Shown: positions 1 to 10,086, numbered from the stretch's first letter. The stretch is DNA of 64,000 bases from Sandarakinorhabdus limnophila DSM 17366 (GCF_945882885.1 NZ_CAMCWT010000005.1:18590-82589); one strand, 5' to 3'. Notes: generated by a model not told the origin, from the letters alone. Numbers and translations: made by a program.

Positions 1-340
1 CGGCGGCGACCATGTCTTCCACCGAACGCGCGCCGCCCAGCGCGATCTGGTTAAGTTCGCCGAGACCAGTGGAGAGGATATGGGCGTGGGTATCGATCAG
101 GCCGGGCGTGGCGGCGCGGCCTTTCAGATCGATCACCTTGGTTTTCGGGCCGATCAAGGCGCTGATGCTGGCATCGCTGCCCACCGCGGCGATCTTGCCG
201 CCGCTGATGGCCAGCGCCTGGACCACGCTGTCCTTCGCATCGGCAGTAATGATGCGGCCGTGGAGGAGGACGGTATCGGCGGGTGCCGCCAGTGCGGATG
301 TTGCCAGCAGCGCCGTTGCTGCCATCAAGTGCCTGATCAT
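1..340 (-). CDS. amidohydrolase-family metallohydrolase, N-terminal fragment (gene runs off the left edge)
   Basis: Not in the ORF track because it is open at the window edge. My translation of the minus strand from the ATG at 340-338 gives MIRHLMAATALLATSALAAPADTVLLHGRIITADAKDSVVQALAISGGKIAAVGSD...KGRAATPGLIDTHAHIL. It has a signal-peptide-like N-terminus and the PGxIDxHxH metal-binding motif typical of amidohydrolases. Confidence 0.7.
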   Translation of the reverse strand, partial: MIRHLMAATALLATSALAAPADTVLLHGRIITADAKDSVVQALAISGGKIAAVGSDASISALIGPKTKVIDLKGRAATPGLIDTHAHILSTGLGELNQIALGGARSVEDMVAA

Positions 341-413
341 CGTTCGCCCCCTGCCCGGTTGAAGCGGATAGTCTGGCGAAGTCTGGACGGGCGTCAAGCT
401 TTTAGCGTGCGCC

Positions 414-1091
414 TCAGATATAGCGCCGCGAAATCGCTGTCAGATCGTCGGCCAGATCATAGACCATCGGCTGGCCGGTGGGGATTTCCTCGTGAACGAT
501 CTCGTCGTCTGACAGGCCGGAGAGGTGCTTGACGAGGGCGCGCAACGAATTGCCGTGGGCGGCGATGATGACGCACTTGCCGGCCTTGAGTTCGGGCACG
601 ATGGCCTGTTCCCAATAGGGCAGCACGCGGGCAATCGTGTCCTTCAGGCTTTCCGCGGTCGGGATAGCGATGCCGGCATAGCGGCGATCGGCAGCGAGAT
701 CGAATTCACCGCCCGGCTCCAGCGGCGGCGGCGGGACGTCGAAGCTGCGGCGCCAGATCTTTACCTGGTCCTCGCCATATTTGGCGGCGGTGTCGGCCTT
801 GTTGAGGCCGGTAAGGCCGCCGTAGTTGCGTTCGTTCAGCTGCCAGTTCTTGGTGACGGGCAGCCACAGACGGCCCATGGATTCCAGCGCGAGATTGAGT
901 GTCTTGATCGCCCGGCTCTGCACGCTGGTGAAGGCGACATCGAAATCGAGGCCGGCGGCCGCCATGCGCTGGCCAGCGTCGCTGGCTTCGGCGACACCCT
1001 GATCGGTGAGGCCCACGTCCCACCAGCCAGTGAAACGGTTTTCAAGGTTCCACTGGCTCTGGCCGTGGCGGAGAAGGACGAGTGTTGGCAT
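414..1091 (-). CDS. gpmA: 2,3-bisphosphoglycerate-dependent phosphoglycerate mutase
   Basis: 225 aa. The N-terminus [23 protein letters not shown] is the canonical histidine-phosphatase RHG motif of GpmA. ATG at 1091. Confidence 0.9.
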   Translation of the reverse strand: MPTLVLLRHGQSQWNLENRFTGWWDVGLTDQGVAEASDAGQRMAAAGLDFDVAFTSVQSRAIKTLNLALESMGRLWLPVTKNWQLNERNYGGLTGLNKADTAAKYGEDQVKIWRRSFDVPPPPLEPGGEFDLAADRRYAGIAIPTAESLKDTIARVLPYWEQAIVPELKAGKCVIIAAHGNSLRALVKHLSGLSDDEIVHEEIPTGQPMVYDLADDLTAISRRYI

Positions 1092-1154
1092 GGGCGCGGT
1101 TTAGCAGGCGCGGGCAGCGTTGCCAGCCCCTCAATTCACCGCGCCTGCGGTCGA

Positions 1155-1493
1155 TCAGAGCGCCAGCTGATCGATTTCGCCGGTGCGGATGCGCACGGCA
1201 TTGGCAATGGCGGAAACGAAGATCTTGCCATCCCCCACGGTGCCGGTGTGGGCGGCATGGGCGATGGCATCGGTCACGCGCGCCATGTCGTCATCGTCCA
1301 CCACCACTTCGATCTGCAGCTTGGGTACCAGGTTGAGATTATGTTCGGCACCGCGATATGCTTCGGCCTGGCCTTGCTGACGGCCGAAACCGCGCACTTC
1401 GGTCACGGTCATGCCCTGCACGCCGGCCTGCATCAGGGCCTCGCGCACGTCCTCCAGCCGGAACGGCTTGATGATGGCCGTGATGAGCTTCAT
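1155..1493 (-). CDS. glnB: nitrogen regulatory protein P-II
   Basis: The track ORF (1155..1649) is trimmed to the internal ATG at 1493, giving 112 aa: MKLITAIIKPFRLEDVREAL...GFGRQQGQAEAYRGAEH (T-loop with conserved Tyr)...GDGKIFV. Assignment to glnB versus glnK cannot be decided from sequence context. Confidence 0.9.
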   Translation of the reverse strand: MKLITAIIKPFRLEDVREALMQAGVQGMTVTEVRGFGRQQGQAEAYRGAEHNLNLVPKLQIEVVVDDDDMARVTDAIAHAAHTGTVGDGKIFVSAIANAVRIRTGEIDQLAL

Positions 1494-1599
1494 GCTGTTT
1501 TTCTGTCCCCGAGCGTCATGGCGTAAAGCCTGCCGCAGGCGATTTGGTAGCAACATAAGGCGTTTGCCGGTTGCGACGAATGGGCAGGCCGGAACGGCC

Positions 1600-1803
1600 T
1601 TAGAACGGAAGGGCCAACTCGGTTCGGGCGAGATCCAGATCGTCTTCATCCACCATCAGGCGGATGCCCGAAACACCGGGGCCGATCAGGCTGGCGATGC
1701 CGGCATCGAACAATATGGCCGGGATACCGGCGGATTCCAGCCGGCTCCGCATGATTTCGGCTTCCACGGGCGAGTAGAGCGTATCGATGCAGGCAAGACC
1801 CAT
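1600..1803 (-). CDS. DUF2007-like small putative signal-transducing protein
   Basis: 67 aa: MGLACIDTLYSPVEAEIMRSRLESAGIPAILFD...IRLMVDEDDLDLAR. This matches the pattern I recall for DUF2007. Its ATG shares 1 nt with the stop of the upstream gene. Confidence 0.6.
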   Translation of the reverse strand: MGLACIDTLYSPVEAEIMRSRLESAGIPAILFDAGIASLIGPGVSGIRLMVDEDDLDLARTELALPF

Positions 1804-2360
1804 CAGCAGTAGGGCAGCACGGCGGGCGGAGTCACCGGTAGGCCGTCGATGGAACGGTTACGCTCCTGATATTTAGTGAGGCGGGCGGCCGGATCATCTT
1901 GCACGAAATATTTGCGCAGGGTCTGGCGTTCTTCCACCAGTGCCATCTTCGGCACGGCCCAGCCGCAGCTGGTCTGGGTGCTGTCCACATCGATCACGAA
2001 GATCTGCCGCACACCGCGTTCGATGGTGAATTGCGCGGCCAGCGCGGCCCACTCCGCATCCTGCGGCAGCACCGACCGGCCGCGGCCATAGATGCGGTAG
2101 ATCAGCGCCGGTTGGTCGAAGGCGCAGAGCATGATGGTGATGCGGCCATCGGCGGCGAGGTGCGCGTGGGTTTCATTGCCGCTGCCGCCAAAATCGAGAT
2201 AAGCGCATTGCCGCCCTCCATCGAGGACGCGGAACGTGTCCATGCCCTTGGGGCTAAGGTTGATGCGAGCGCCTTCTGCGGCGGTGGCGACGAAAAACAC
2301 CGGCTGGCGGGCGATGAAGGCGGCGTGATCGGCGGTAATATGATCAAAGAACTCCGACAT
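1803..2360 (-). CDS. pyridoxamine 5'-phosphate oxidase family (FMN-binding split-barrel) protein
   Basis: 185 aa, HAAFIARQPVFFVATAAEGARINLSPKG... The family-level resemblance comes from memory. Confidence 0.7.
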   Translation of the reverse strand: MSEFFDHITADHAAFIARQPVFFVATAAEGARINLSPKGMDTFRVLDGGRQCAYLDFGGSGNETHAHLAADGRITIMLCAFDQPALIYRIYGRGRSVLPQDAEWAALAAQFTIERGVRQIFVIDVDSTQTSCGWAVPKMALVEERQTLRKYFVQDDPAARLTKYQERNRSIDGLPVTPPAVLPYC

Positions 2361-2371
2361 GCAGCCCTCCC

Positions 2372-3802
2372 TCAGCCGGCGGTGCCGCCCACCGTCAATC
2401 CATCGACCAGCAGGGTCGGCTGGCCAACGCCGGCCGGCACGCTCTGCCCGCCCTTGCCGCAGATGCCAACGCCTTCATCCAGTGCCATGTCGTTGCCGAT
2501 AGCGCGCACGCGGGTGAGCACATCGGGGCCATTGCCGATCAGCGTGGCGCCCTTCAGCGGGCGGCCCAGCCGGCCATTTTCGATCTCATAGGCTTCGGTG
2601 CAGGAAAACACGAACTTGCCGCTGGTGATGTCGACCTGGCCGCCGCCGAAGCTTTTGGCAAAAATGCCCTTCTTCACGCTCGACAGGATATTGCCCGGGT
2701 CTTCGCTGCCGCCCAGCATGAAGGTGTTGGTCATGCGCGGCATCGGGGCGTGGGCATAGCTCTCGCGGCGGCCGTTGCCGGTCGGGGCGACCCCCATCAG
2801 GCGGGCGTTGAGCCGATCCTGCATGTATCCCTTAAGGATGCCGTCCTCGATCAGGGTGGTGCGGCCGGTGGGCGTGCCTTCGTCGTCCACGGTCAGGCTG
2901 CCGCGGCGCTGATCAAGGCTGCCATCGTCCACCACCGTCACGCCCGGTGCCGCCACGCGTTCACCGATGCGGCCCGAAAAAGCGCTGGTGCCCTTGCGGT
3001 TGAAATCGCCTTCCAGGCCGTGGCCAATGGCTTCGTGCAGCAGAATGCCGGGCCAGCCGGGGCCAAGCACCACGGTCATCTCGCCGGCCGGAGCATCGAC
3101 GGAATCAAGGTTCACCAGCGCCTGCGCAAGCGCAATATCGATCGCACCTTCCCAGGCCGCATCCTTCAACAGCGCATCATAAAGGTAACGCCCGCCCAGC
3201 CCGTGGAAGCCTGTTTCGCGGCGGCCGTTCTTTTCCGCCACGATCTGCACATTCAGCCGCACCAGCGGCCGCACGTCGCGCACGCGGGTGCCGTCACCGC
3301 GCAGGATTTCAACAACATTCCAGCTGCCGAGCAGGCTGGCGGACACCTGCACAACGCTCGGATCGCGCGCGCGGGCGGCGGCATCGATCTGCTGCATCAG
3401 CGCCACCTTGGCGGAAAAATCCACGCCAGCCAGCGGATTGGCATCGGTATAGCGTCGGGCGTTGGTGGGCGTGGGCGGCATCGCCATGGTGCCGCCGTGA
3501 CCGTCACGCACCACCTTGATGGTGTCGGCAGCGCGCGCGATGGCGGCGTGCGACAGATCATTGGCGTGGGCAAAGGCGGTCATCTCGCCGGCCACACCGC
3601 GCAGGCCAAAGCCCTTCACCGTATCGAAGCTGGCGGATTTCAGCCGGCCATCATCGAAGGCGAAACTTTCGGACACACCATATTGCAGATAAAGCTCACC
3701 ATCGTCGCAGCCGTTCAGCGCGTCAGCGACCTGCGCGGCGGTGCGATCGGGATCAAGCCCGGTATCGGTGTAGAACAGCTGGGTGGCATCGGGTGTGGTC
3801 AT
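2372..3802 (-). CDS. tldD: metalloprotease TldD
   Basis: About 476 aa with the HEAIGHGLEGD zinc motif and a typical TldD N-terminus. The ATG at 3802 is preferred over the TTG at 3808 used by the track. Confidence 0.9.
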   Translation of the reverse strand: MTTPDATQLFYTDTGLDPDRTAAQVADALNGCDDGELYLQYGVSESFAFDDGRLKSASFDTVKGFGLRGVAGEMTAFAHANDLSHAAIARAADTIKVVRDGHGGTMAMPPTPTNARRYTDANPLAGVDFSAKVALMQQIDAAARARDPSVVQVSASLLGSWNVVEILRGDGTRVRDVRPLVRLNVQIVAEKNGRRETGFHGLGGRYLYDALLKDAAWEGAIDIALAQALVNLDSVDAPAGEMTVVLGPGWPGILLHEAIGHGLEGDFNRKGTSAFSGRIGERVAAPGVTVVDDGSLDQRRGSLTVDDEGTPTGRTTLIEDGILKGYMQDRLNARLMGVAPTGNGRRESYAHAPMPRMTNTFMLGGSEDPGNILSSVKKGIFAKSFGGGQVDITSGKFVFSCTEAYEIENGRLGRPLKGATLIGNGPDVLTRVRAIGNDMALDEGVGICGKGGQSVPAGVGQPTLLVDGLTVGGTAG

Positions 3803-3863
3803 GGCCAAGATATGGGCCAGCCATGGCCAAAGGGAAAGAGGTCAGTCGCCGCAGCCGCCGCAA

Positions 3864-4805
3864 TCAGCCGAACTTGCAGGTCAGCAGCCAGCGTTCACCC
3901 GCCCGATCAAAGCTGATGCGGCTGCAATCATCCAGCACATCGCGGCCAATCAGGATCCACGGATCGCGGCCGCGCTTTTTCTTGCGGTCAGCCGAAACGG
4001 TGATGGTGTCCTCGTCGTCGCTTTCGCTGGATGTGCCCTTGGCGGCGGCATCGATGCGGCGCGCATCGATTTCCGAGACGCGCACGCTCATCTGGCGCAT
4101 CGGCAGGCCGGCGATGGTCAAGCCGGCCTTGGGCGCCAAACCCTGCATAGGCAGCGCCACTCCCGGGAACGGCCGCCAATACCCAATGCTGTTGGCTCGC
4201 CGTGCCAGGCCAGCCGCCATCAAGGCCTCGCCAGCACGGGCGTTCATCACGGTGGTCGGGCTGTTGAGTTCAAGGCTGAGATTGACCGCTTCGGCACCGA
4301 TCCGGGTCTTGATGCCGGTTTCGCCGCTGCCTTTCTTGGCAATCACATACTCGCGGCTGCCGGCCGGCGTTTCGCGCAGGATCACGTCCACCCGATCCGC
4401 CTTCAACGCTGCGATGGTCAATATGCCATCCGCATCGGCCGCCACCGGAATGCTCACCCAGATCGCCGGCACCTTTTTCGACGGCAGGCCCGCCGGCGTA
4501 ACCGTGGGCAGGTTGAAACGGAAGGTCGCCTTGCCGCCCGGGATCATCGCGTTGCTGAAGCTGCCCTTGCCGATCAGGGGAAACGGCTTCAACCCGGCGC
4601 GCGCGGCCGCCGGTTCGTTGAGGACCAACCCCTGATCGAAGCTTAGCGCCATGCGGATGTTGAGCGTGGCATTCTTCACCACGACCGGCAGATAGGGATT
4701 GCCGTTGTCACTGGTGCGCAGGGTGAACACCGGCGGCGTGGCGACCCTCGCCGCCTGCACGGGCGCCGCCAGCAGCAGGAACGCCAGCGGCGCGAGCGCC
4801 TTCAT
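3864..4805 (-). CDS. exported hypothetical protein, possibly a degenerate tandem retropepsin-like fold
   Basis: 313 aa with the Sec-type signal MKALAPLAFLLLAAPVQA. There are two repeats that end in DADGILTIAAL and PWILIGRDVL. The positions where DTG would be expected read FDQGLV and NSPT. Its ATG overlaps the stop of the upstream gene (ATGA at 4802-4805). Confidence 0.55.
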   Translation of the reverse strand: MKALAPLAFLLLAAPVQAARVATPPVFTLRTSDNGNPYLPVVVKNATLNIRMALSFDQGLVLNEPAAARAGLKPFPLIGKGSFSNAMIPGGKATFRFNLPTVTPAGLPSKKVPAIWVSIPVAADADGILTIAALKADRVDVILRETPAGSREYVIAKKGSGETGIKTRIGAEAVNLSLELNSPTTVMNARAGEALMAAGLARRANSIGYWRPFPGVALPMQGLAPKAGLTIAGLPMRQMSVRVSEIDARRIDAAAKGTSSESDDEDTITVSADRKKKRGRDPWILIGRDVLDDCSRISFDRAGERWLLTCKFG

Positions 4806-5002
4806 CGCTTATCGGCCGGGCCGCCCGCCAGGATGAAGCGGCGATCACAATAACCGCAATCGGCAAAGCCGGTGCTGTCGATCTGGATCCACACCCGCGG
4901 GTGGCCATCACCGCCGCGCTCATCGCCGTCGCAAAACACGCGGGCGGTATCGGCAACGTAGGTTTCGGGGGCCGGAAGGGCGAGAGCGCGGGGAGAAGCC
5001 AT
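4802..5002 (-). CDS. zinc-finger (zf-CHCC / NDUFS6-like) domain protein
   Basis: 66 aa: ...RVFCDGDERGGDGHPRVWIQIDSTGFADCGYCDRRF. It carries the C...H...CxxC pattern of the zf-CHCC family. Confidence 0.7.
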   Translation of the reverse strand: MASPRALALPAPETYVADTARVFCDGDERGGDGHPRVWIQIDSTGFADCGYCDRRFILAGGPADKR

Positions 5003-5159
5003 GCGCCATGATTAGCAGCGCTGCGCCGCCAAGTCACCATGTCGAAAGGCGCTGCAGCATAACTATCATGCCAATGCCACGCGATTGCAACCTGCAGCCG
5101 GCACAGCGACGCTTCATGCCGCACTGCAACATCGCCGTGCCGCCAAAATGGGGAATGAT

Positions 5160-7478
5160 ATGCGCCGTCTTCTGCTGCTCGCCTCCGCCAGCCTGTTGCC
5201 TGCCCTGCCCGCATTCGCCGCTGATGCCGATCAGATGGCCGAATCGATCGGTGAGGAAATCGTGGTGACAGCGCAAAAGTCCGAGCAGAAACTGAACGAC
5301 GTGCCGATCACCATCACCGCCTACACCGGGCGTAGCTTGCGCGAGATCGGCGTCACCCAGTTCGATCAGCTCGCCGCCTATGTGCCCGGCCTGAACGTCC
5401 AGGAACAATCGCCCAACAACCCCGGCTTCGTGATCCGCGGCATCACGTCGGACACCGGCTCCTCGCAAGGCTCTCCGGCTGTCACCGTCTATCTCAACGG
5501 CGTCGATGTCTCGCGGTCGCGTGGTTCCTACTTCGATCTTTATGATCTTGAGCGCGTCGAAGTCGTGAAGGGCCCGCAATCGACCCTGTTCGGCACCGCC
5601 GCTGCTGTGGGTGTGGTCAGCGTCATCACCGCCAAGCCGAAGCCCGGTTTCTCCGGCGAAGTGCGCGTTGGCTACGGCAATTATGATCAGCGCCGCATCG
5701 ATGGCCATGTGAACATCGGCAACGACATCATCGCCCTGCGCGTCGCTGGCGCCATGAAGCTGCGCGACGGCGTGGTGGAAAATATCGCCGGCCGCCCCGG
5801 CTCGCAGACGCCGAACGGTCAGCGCGTGGATGATCTGAACGGCCAGGGCCAATATGGCGCCCGCATCTCGCTGCGCTACACGCCCACGCCCGATCTCACC
5901 GCCGATCTGGTTGCAACCTATGACGGCCAGCGCGCGCCGGGCACTGCCTTCTCATCGGGCACCTTCGCGCCCACCGGCGGGACCACCAGCCCCTACAGCT
6001 TCAAGGAAGCCGCCGGTTCACCGTTCAGCGCCGCCGTGCTGGGCGCCGATCAGCCCAGCCTGACGCGCAATGTGTATGACGTGAACCTGAGCCTGAACGC
6101 CAAGTTCAGCGACGCCTGGAGCTTCACCACCATCGCCGGCTACCGCAATTTCGACAGCAATGAAGTGTTCGACGCAGACGGCACCCAGGCCTGGTATCTG
6201 GAATTCGCCGAAGACGCGCGCGGCGAGCAGATGAGCTTTGAAGGCCGCTTCAACTACGACAGTGAGAAACTGCGCGGCTTCTTCGGCGCCAATTATTTCT
6301 GGGAAACCGGCTTTCAGCGCGTGCCGTTCAGTTCAGAAGAAGGCATTTTCCTGCAGTGCGCGGCGCGACTGGTGCCGGGCCTGGCCTGCATCAACAATGC
6401 CACCGGTGTGGTGGAAGCCGCCCGCGCCACCGCGATCCTGACCGGCGGCGCGGCCACCGTGCTGCCCTATTCCGCCGAACTGTTCCGCAACTCGGCTGAA
6501 ATCAGCACATTCAGCGCCTTTGCCGACGTGACGGTGATCCCGGTGCCGCGCCTGGAAATCAACCTGGGCGGCCGTTATCTGAGTGAAGACCGCGACAGCG
6601 GCATTTCGACCCGCATTCCCAACTCGGTGATCACCCGCGGCCCGCTGATTGCTGGTGGCGTCAACACCAATGGTGAAGTGCTCGGTGCCTCGCGTCGATT
6701 TGATGCCTTCCTGCCGCGCGCCAACATCCTGTTCCGCGCCACCGACAACGTGAACCTGTACGCCACCTATTCGCGTGGTCGCCGCTCGCCGGTGGTGCAG
6801 GTCAATGCCGGCCGCGTGGCGGGCGTGCTCACCCCCAACGTGCGGGTGTTCCCGGCCGAACTGCTCGACAATTACGAAGCCGGCGTGAAGGGCACGCTTG
6901 GCAAGCTCAACTTCAGCATCGGCGCCTACCTTATCAAGTACAAGGATTTCCAGATTTCGGTGCCGCAGCAGGGCGCGCCGGCGCTGATCGTCAATGCCGA
7001 TGCCAGCAACAAGGGCGTGGAAGCCGAATTCGCCCTGAACCTGTCGGACAATGTGCGGCTGTTCGCCAACGGCGCCTATATCGATGCCCGGGTGAACAAT
7101 GATCCGCGTTTCGGCAATTTTGCTGGCGATCGCTTCCGCCTGCAATCGGAATGGCAGGGATCGGCAGGCGCCAATTTCCGCCTGCCGCTGGGTGACAAGA
7201 TCGAACTGTTTGCCAATCCGAACGTCACCCACCGTTCTGGCGTCTTCTTCGAACTGCCCAACAACCCGGTGACCTCGCAAGGCCCCGTCACCCTGGTCAA
7301 TCTGCGCGCCGGTATCCGTGATCAGAAGGGCAAGTGGGAAGTCATCGGTTTCGCCAACAACCTGTTCAATCAGGAATATCTGCTCGACGGCGGCAACACC
7401 GGCGGCGCGTTCGGTATCCCCACCTTCATCCGCGGTCTGCCGCGCTTGTTTGGCGTGGAAGCGGTTGCACGCTTCTGA
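5160..7478 (+). CDS. TonB-dependent receptor
   Basis: Signal peptide MRRLLLLASASLLPALPAFA, a plug region EEIVVTAQKSEQKLNDVPITITAY, a long beta-barrel and a C-terminal ...AVARF. The track start at 5085 is trimmed to the ATG at 5160 (5148 is also possible). Confidence 0.9.
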   Translation: MRRLLLLASASLLPALPAFAADADQMAESIGEEIVVTAQKSEQKLNDVPITITAYTGRSLREIGVTQFDQLAAYVPGLNVQEQSPNNPGFVIRGITSDTGSSQGSPAVTVYLNGVDVSRSRGSYFDLYDLERVEVVKGPQSTLFGTAAAVGVVSVITAKPKPGFSGEVRVGYGNYDQRRIDGHVNIGNDIIALRVAGAMKLRDGVVENIAGRPGSQTPNGQRVDDLNGQGQYGARISLRYTPTPDLTADLVATYDGQRAPGTAFSSGTFAPTGGTTSPYSFKEAAGSPFSAAVLGADQPSLTRNVYDVNLSLNAKFSDAWSFTTIAGYRNFDSNEVFDADGTQAWYLEFAEDARGEQMSFEGRFNYDSEKLRGFFGANYFWETGFQRVPFSSEEGIFLQCAARLVPGLACINNATGVVEAARATAILTGGAATVLPYSAELFRNSAEISTFSAFADVTVIPVPRLEINLGGRYLSEDRDSGISTRIPNSVITRGPLIAGGVNTNGEVLGASRRFDAFLPRANILFRATDNVNLYATYSRGRRSPVVQVNAGRVAGVLTPNVRVFPAELLDNYEAGVKGTLGKLNFSIGAYLIKYKDFQISVPQQGAPALIVNADASNKGVEAEFALNLSDNVRLFANGAYIDARVNNDPRFGNFAGDRFRLQSEWQGSAGANFRLPLGDKIELFANPNVTHRSGVFFELPNNPVTSQGPVTLVNLRAGIRDQKGKWEVIGFANNLFNQEYLLDGGNTGGAFGIPTFIRGLPRLFGVEAVARF

Positions 7479-7485
7479 TGCGTAC

Positions 7486-7537
7486 GGGGCGGGTGGTGTG
7501 GTTGGGGGTCGCCTCCCCTTGCCCCACTTCCCGCCCC
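7486..7537 (+). terminator. GC-rich nested hairpin after the TonB receptor gene
   Basis: GGGGCGGG (7486-7493) pairs with CCCGCCCC (7530-7537), with an inner GGGG...CCCC hairpin. It starts 8 nt after the stop codon. There is no clear U-tract. Confidence 0.45.
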
Positions 7538-7553
7538 GGTCTATCGCGATTGC

Positions 7554-8486
7554 ATGAGCGAAGCTGCAATCAGCCTGCGTGGCCTGACCAAGACCTATGC
7601 CGGCGGCAAGCAGGCGCTGAAGGGGATTGATCTCGATATCCCGCGTGGTTCCATCTTCGGCCTGCTCGGCCCCAACGGTGCCGGCAAATCGACTACGATC
7701 AATATTTTGGCCGGCCTGGTGAACAAGACGGCCGGTAGCGCCCGCATCTGGGGCTTCGACATCGACGAGCATCCGCGCAACGCCAAAGCCAGCATCGGCA
7801 TCGTGCCGCAGGAACTGGTGTTCGATGCCTTCTTCACGCCATTTGAAACGCTGGAATTGCAGGCCGGCCTGTTCGGCGTGCCCAAGGCCAAGCGCCTGAC
7901 GATGGAATTGCTGAAGGCGGTGCGGCTGGACGACAAGGCGCATGTCTATTCGCGCACCCTTTCGGGCGGGATGAAGCGCCGGCTGCTGGTGGCAAAGGCG
8001 CTGGTGCACAACCCACCGGTGCTGGTGCTGGATGAACCGACGGCAGGCGTTGATATCGAGCTGCGGCAATTGCTGTGGGATTATGTGCGTGAACTGCACA
8101 GCATGGGCACCACCATCGTGCTGACCACCCATTATCTCGAAGAAGCCGAAAGCCTGTGCGATCGCATCGCCATCATCAATCATGGGCAGGTGGTCGCCAA
8201 CGACGAAACATCGAAACTGCTCGGCACCACCGGTGACAAGGTCCTGGAAGTGGTGGTGGACCGCGAGCTTGCCGCCGTGCCGCCGGCGCTTGTCGGCTGC
8301 AAGGCGGTGGAGCTGAAGGGCCCGCGGACGCTGGTCATCACCTATGACAAGCGTAGCAACAATGCCGGCGCCGTGCTGGCGATGGTGGGTGCTGCCGGGC
8401 TGGGCGTGGTGGAGGTTTCCACCCGCGAAGCCGATCTGGAAGATGTGTTCCTGGAGCTGACAAGTGGCAAAAGCGCCGCCGCCTGA
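7554..8486 (+). CDS. ABC transporter ATP-binding protein (ABC-2/YadG-like)
   Basis: 310 aa with Walker [10 protein letters not shown], signature LSGGMKRRL and Walker B VLVLDEP. Confidence 0.9.
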   Translation: MSEAAISLRGLTKTYAGGKQALKGIDLDIPRGSIFGLLGPNGAGKSTTINILAGLVNKTAGSARIWGFDIDEHPRNAKASIGIVPQELVFDAFFTPFETLELQAGLFGVPKAKRLTMELLKAVRLDDKAHVYSRTLSGGMKRRLLVAKALVHNPPVLVLDEPTAGVDIELRQLLWDYVRELHSMGTTIVLTTHYLEEAESLCDRIAIINHGQVVANDETSKLLGTTGDKVLEVVVDRELAAVPPALVGCKAVELKGPRTLVITYDKRSNNAGAVLAMVGAAGLGVVEVSTREADLEDVFLELTSGKSAAA

Positions 8487-10086
8487 GGCCCGCCATTTCG
8501 ATGCCATCGTGGTGGGTTCCGGTGCAGCCGGGCTGACGGCGGCATTGCACCTGGCCGAACATGGCACGGTGGCCGTGCTGGCCAAGGGCGATCTCGCCGA
8601 TGGTTCCACGGCCTGGGCACAGGGCGGGATCGCCGCCGTGCTGGATGCCGGCGATACGGTTGCGGCGCATGTGGAAGACACAATGGTGGCCGGTGCCGGG
8701 CTCAACCACCGCGCCACGGTTGAATATGTCGCCAGCAATGCATCGGCCGCGATCGACCGGCTGGAGGAATTTGGCGTGCCGTTCAATCCCGGCAAGACCG
8801 TGTCCGAACGCTGGCACCTCACGCGCGAAGGCGGCCACAGCCATCGCCGCATCGTGCATGTCGATGATGCCACTGGCTGGGCGGTTTCACAGGCGCTGAT
8901 CAAGGCGGCGCAGGCGCATCCCAACATCACCTTGGTGCCGCACATGGCCGCGGTCGATCTAATCACTCATCGCCACGTGCTGCACGAGCGCTTCCCACAG
9001 CGGCGCTGCCACGGCGTCTATGCGCTGGATGTGAAGAAGCGGCATGTCGTGCGCTTTGTCGCGCCGGCCACGGTTCTGGCCACCGGCGGGGCGAGCCGCG
9101 TCTATCTTTATTCTACCAACCCCGATGGCGCGACAGGCGACGGCATCGCCATGGCGTGGCGGGCGGGGTGCCGGGTATCGAACATGGAATTCAATCAGTT
9201 CCACCCGACCTGCCTTTATCACCCCGAGGTGCGCAATTTCCTGATCACCGAGGCGGCGCGCGGCGAAGGCGGCAACCTGAAACTGCCCGACGGCAGCCGC
9301 TTCATGGCGCGTTATGACGAGCGGCTGGAACTCGCCCCGCGTGACGTGGTGGCACGGGCCATCGATGCCGAGATGAAGCGGCTTGGCATCCCACATGTAC
9401 TGCTCGATCTCACCCATCTGGGTGCGGACTTCGTGCGTGCCCATTTCCCCACCATCCATGCCCGGCTGCTGGATCTGGATATCGATTGCACGCAGGTGCC
9501 GATCCCGGTGGTGCCGGCGGCGCATTACAGCTGCGGGGGCGTGATGGTGACGCTGGATGGCCGCACCGATCTGGCCGGTCTGTGGGCGGCCGGCGAGGTG
9601 ACCCAGAGTGGGCTGCACGGCGCCAATCGGCTGGCGTCGAACTCGCTGTTGGAATGCCTGGTGTTCGGTCAGGCCGTGGCTGACGACATTGCCGCGCAAA
9701 CCCCACAGAACTCGCCGCGGGTGAAGCCCTGGGATGAAAGCCGGGTGACCGACAGCGACGAGGAAGTGGTGATCGCCCACAATTGGGACGAACTGCGTCG
9801 CACCATGTGGGATTATGTCGGCATCGTGCGCACCGATAAAAGGCTGGAACGCGCCGCTCACCGGGTCAAGAATCTGCGCAAGGAAGTGCAGGATTATTAC
9901 GGCAATTTCCGCATCACCGCCGATCTGATCGAACTGCGCAATCTGGTGACAGTCGCAGATCTGATCGTGCGTTCCGCCCGCCGCCGCCGCGAAAGCCGCG
10001 GGTTGCATTACAGCACCGATTATCCGGCCATGGCCGCAGAAGCGGTGGACACCATCCTTGATCCGGTGATGACGCGAGAGGCCTAG
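8464..10086 (+). CDS. nadB: L-aspartate oxidase
   Basis: 540 aa with the FAD fold [12 protein letters not shown] and typical NadB blocks (RGEGG, HYSCGG). It has a GTG start that overlaps the preceding gene by 23 nt. Confidence 0.9.
   Translation: MAKAPPPEARHFDAIVVGSGAAGLTAALHLAEHGTVAVLAKGDLADGSTAWAQGGIAAVLDAGDTVAAHVEDTMVAGAGLNHRATVEYVASNASAAIDRLEEFGVPFNPGKTVSERWHLTREGGHSHRRIVHVDDATGWAVSQALIKAAQAHPNITLVPHMAAVDLITHRHVLHERFPQRRCHGVYALDVKKRHVVRFVAPATVLATGGASRVYLYSTNPDGATGDGIAMAWRAGCRVSNMEFNQFHPTCLYHPEVRNFLITEAARGEGGNLKLPDGSRFMARYDERLELAPRDVVARAIDAEMKRLGIPHVLLDLTHLGADFVRAHFPTIHARLLDLDIDCTQVPIPVVPAAHYSCGGVMVTLDGRTDLAGLWAAGEVTQSGLHGANRLASNSLLECLVFGQAVADDIAAQTPQNSPRVKPWDESRVTDSDEEVVIAHNWDELRRTMWDYVGIVRTDKRLERAAHRVKNLRKEVQDYYGNFRITADLIELRNLVTVADLIVRSARRRRESRGLHYSTDYPAMAAEAVDTILDPVMTREA

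Noticed and set aside
1494-1599. A possible sigma-54 promoter or attenuator upstream of glnB.
   Set aside because: GG and GC dinucleotides are present, but the spacing does not fit. Only a weak GGCC hairpin is seen.
5003-5159. A riboswitch (cobalamin or TPP) or a Fur/Irr box upstream of the TonB-dependent receptor.
   Set aside because: I could recognise no conserved riboswitch core sequence. CATAACTATCATG is only a weak partial Fur-like match. The repeated CTGCA/TGCAAC words are too short to interpret.
6333-8966. 877-aa ORF on the - strand.
   Set aside because: It is antisense to the TonB receptor 3' end, the ABC ATPase and the nadB 5' end. It has no recognisable motifs and an Arg/Ala/Gly-rich composition. 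It is a high-GC artefact.
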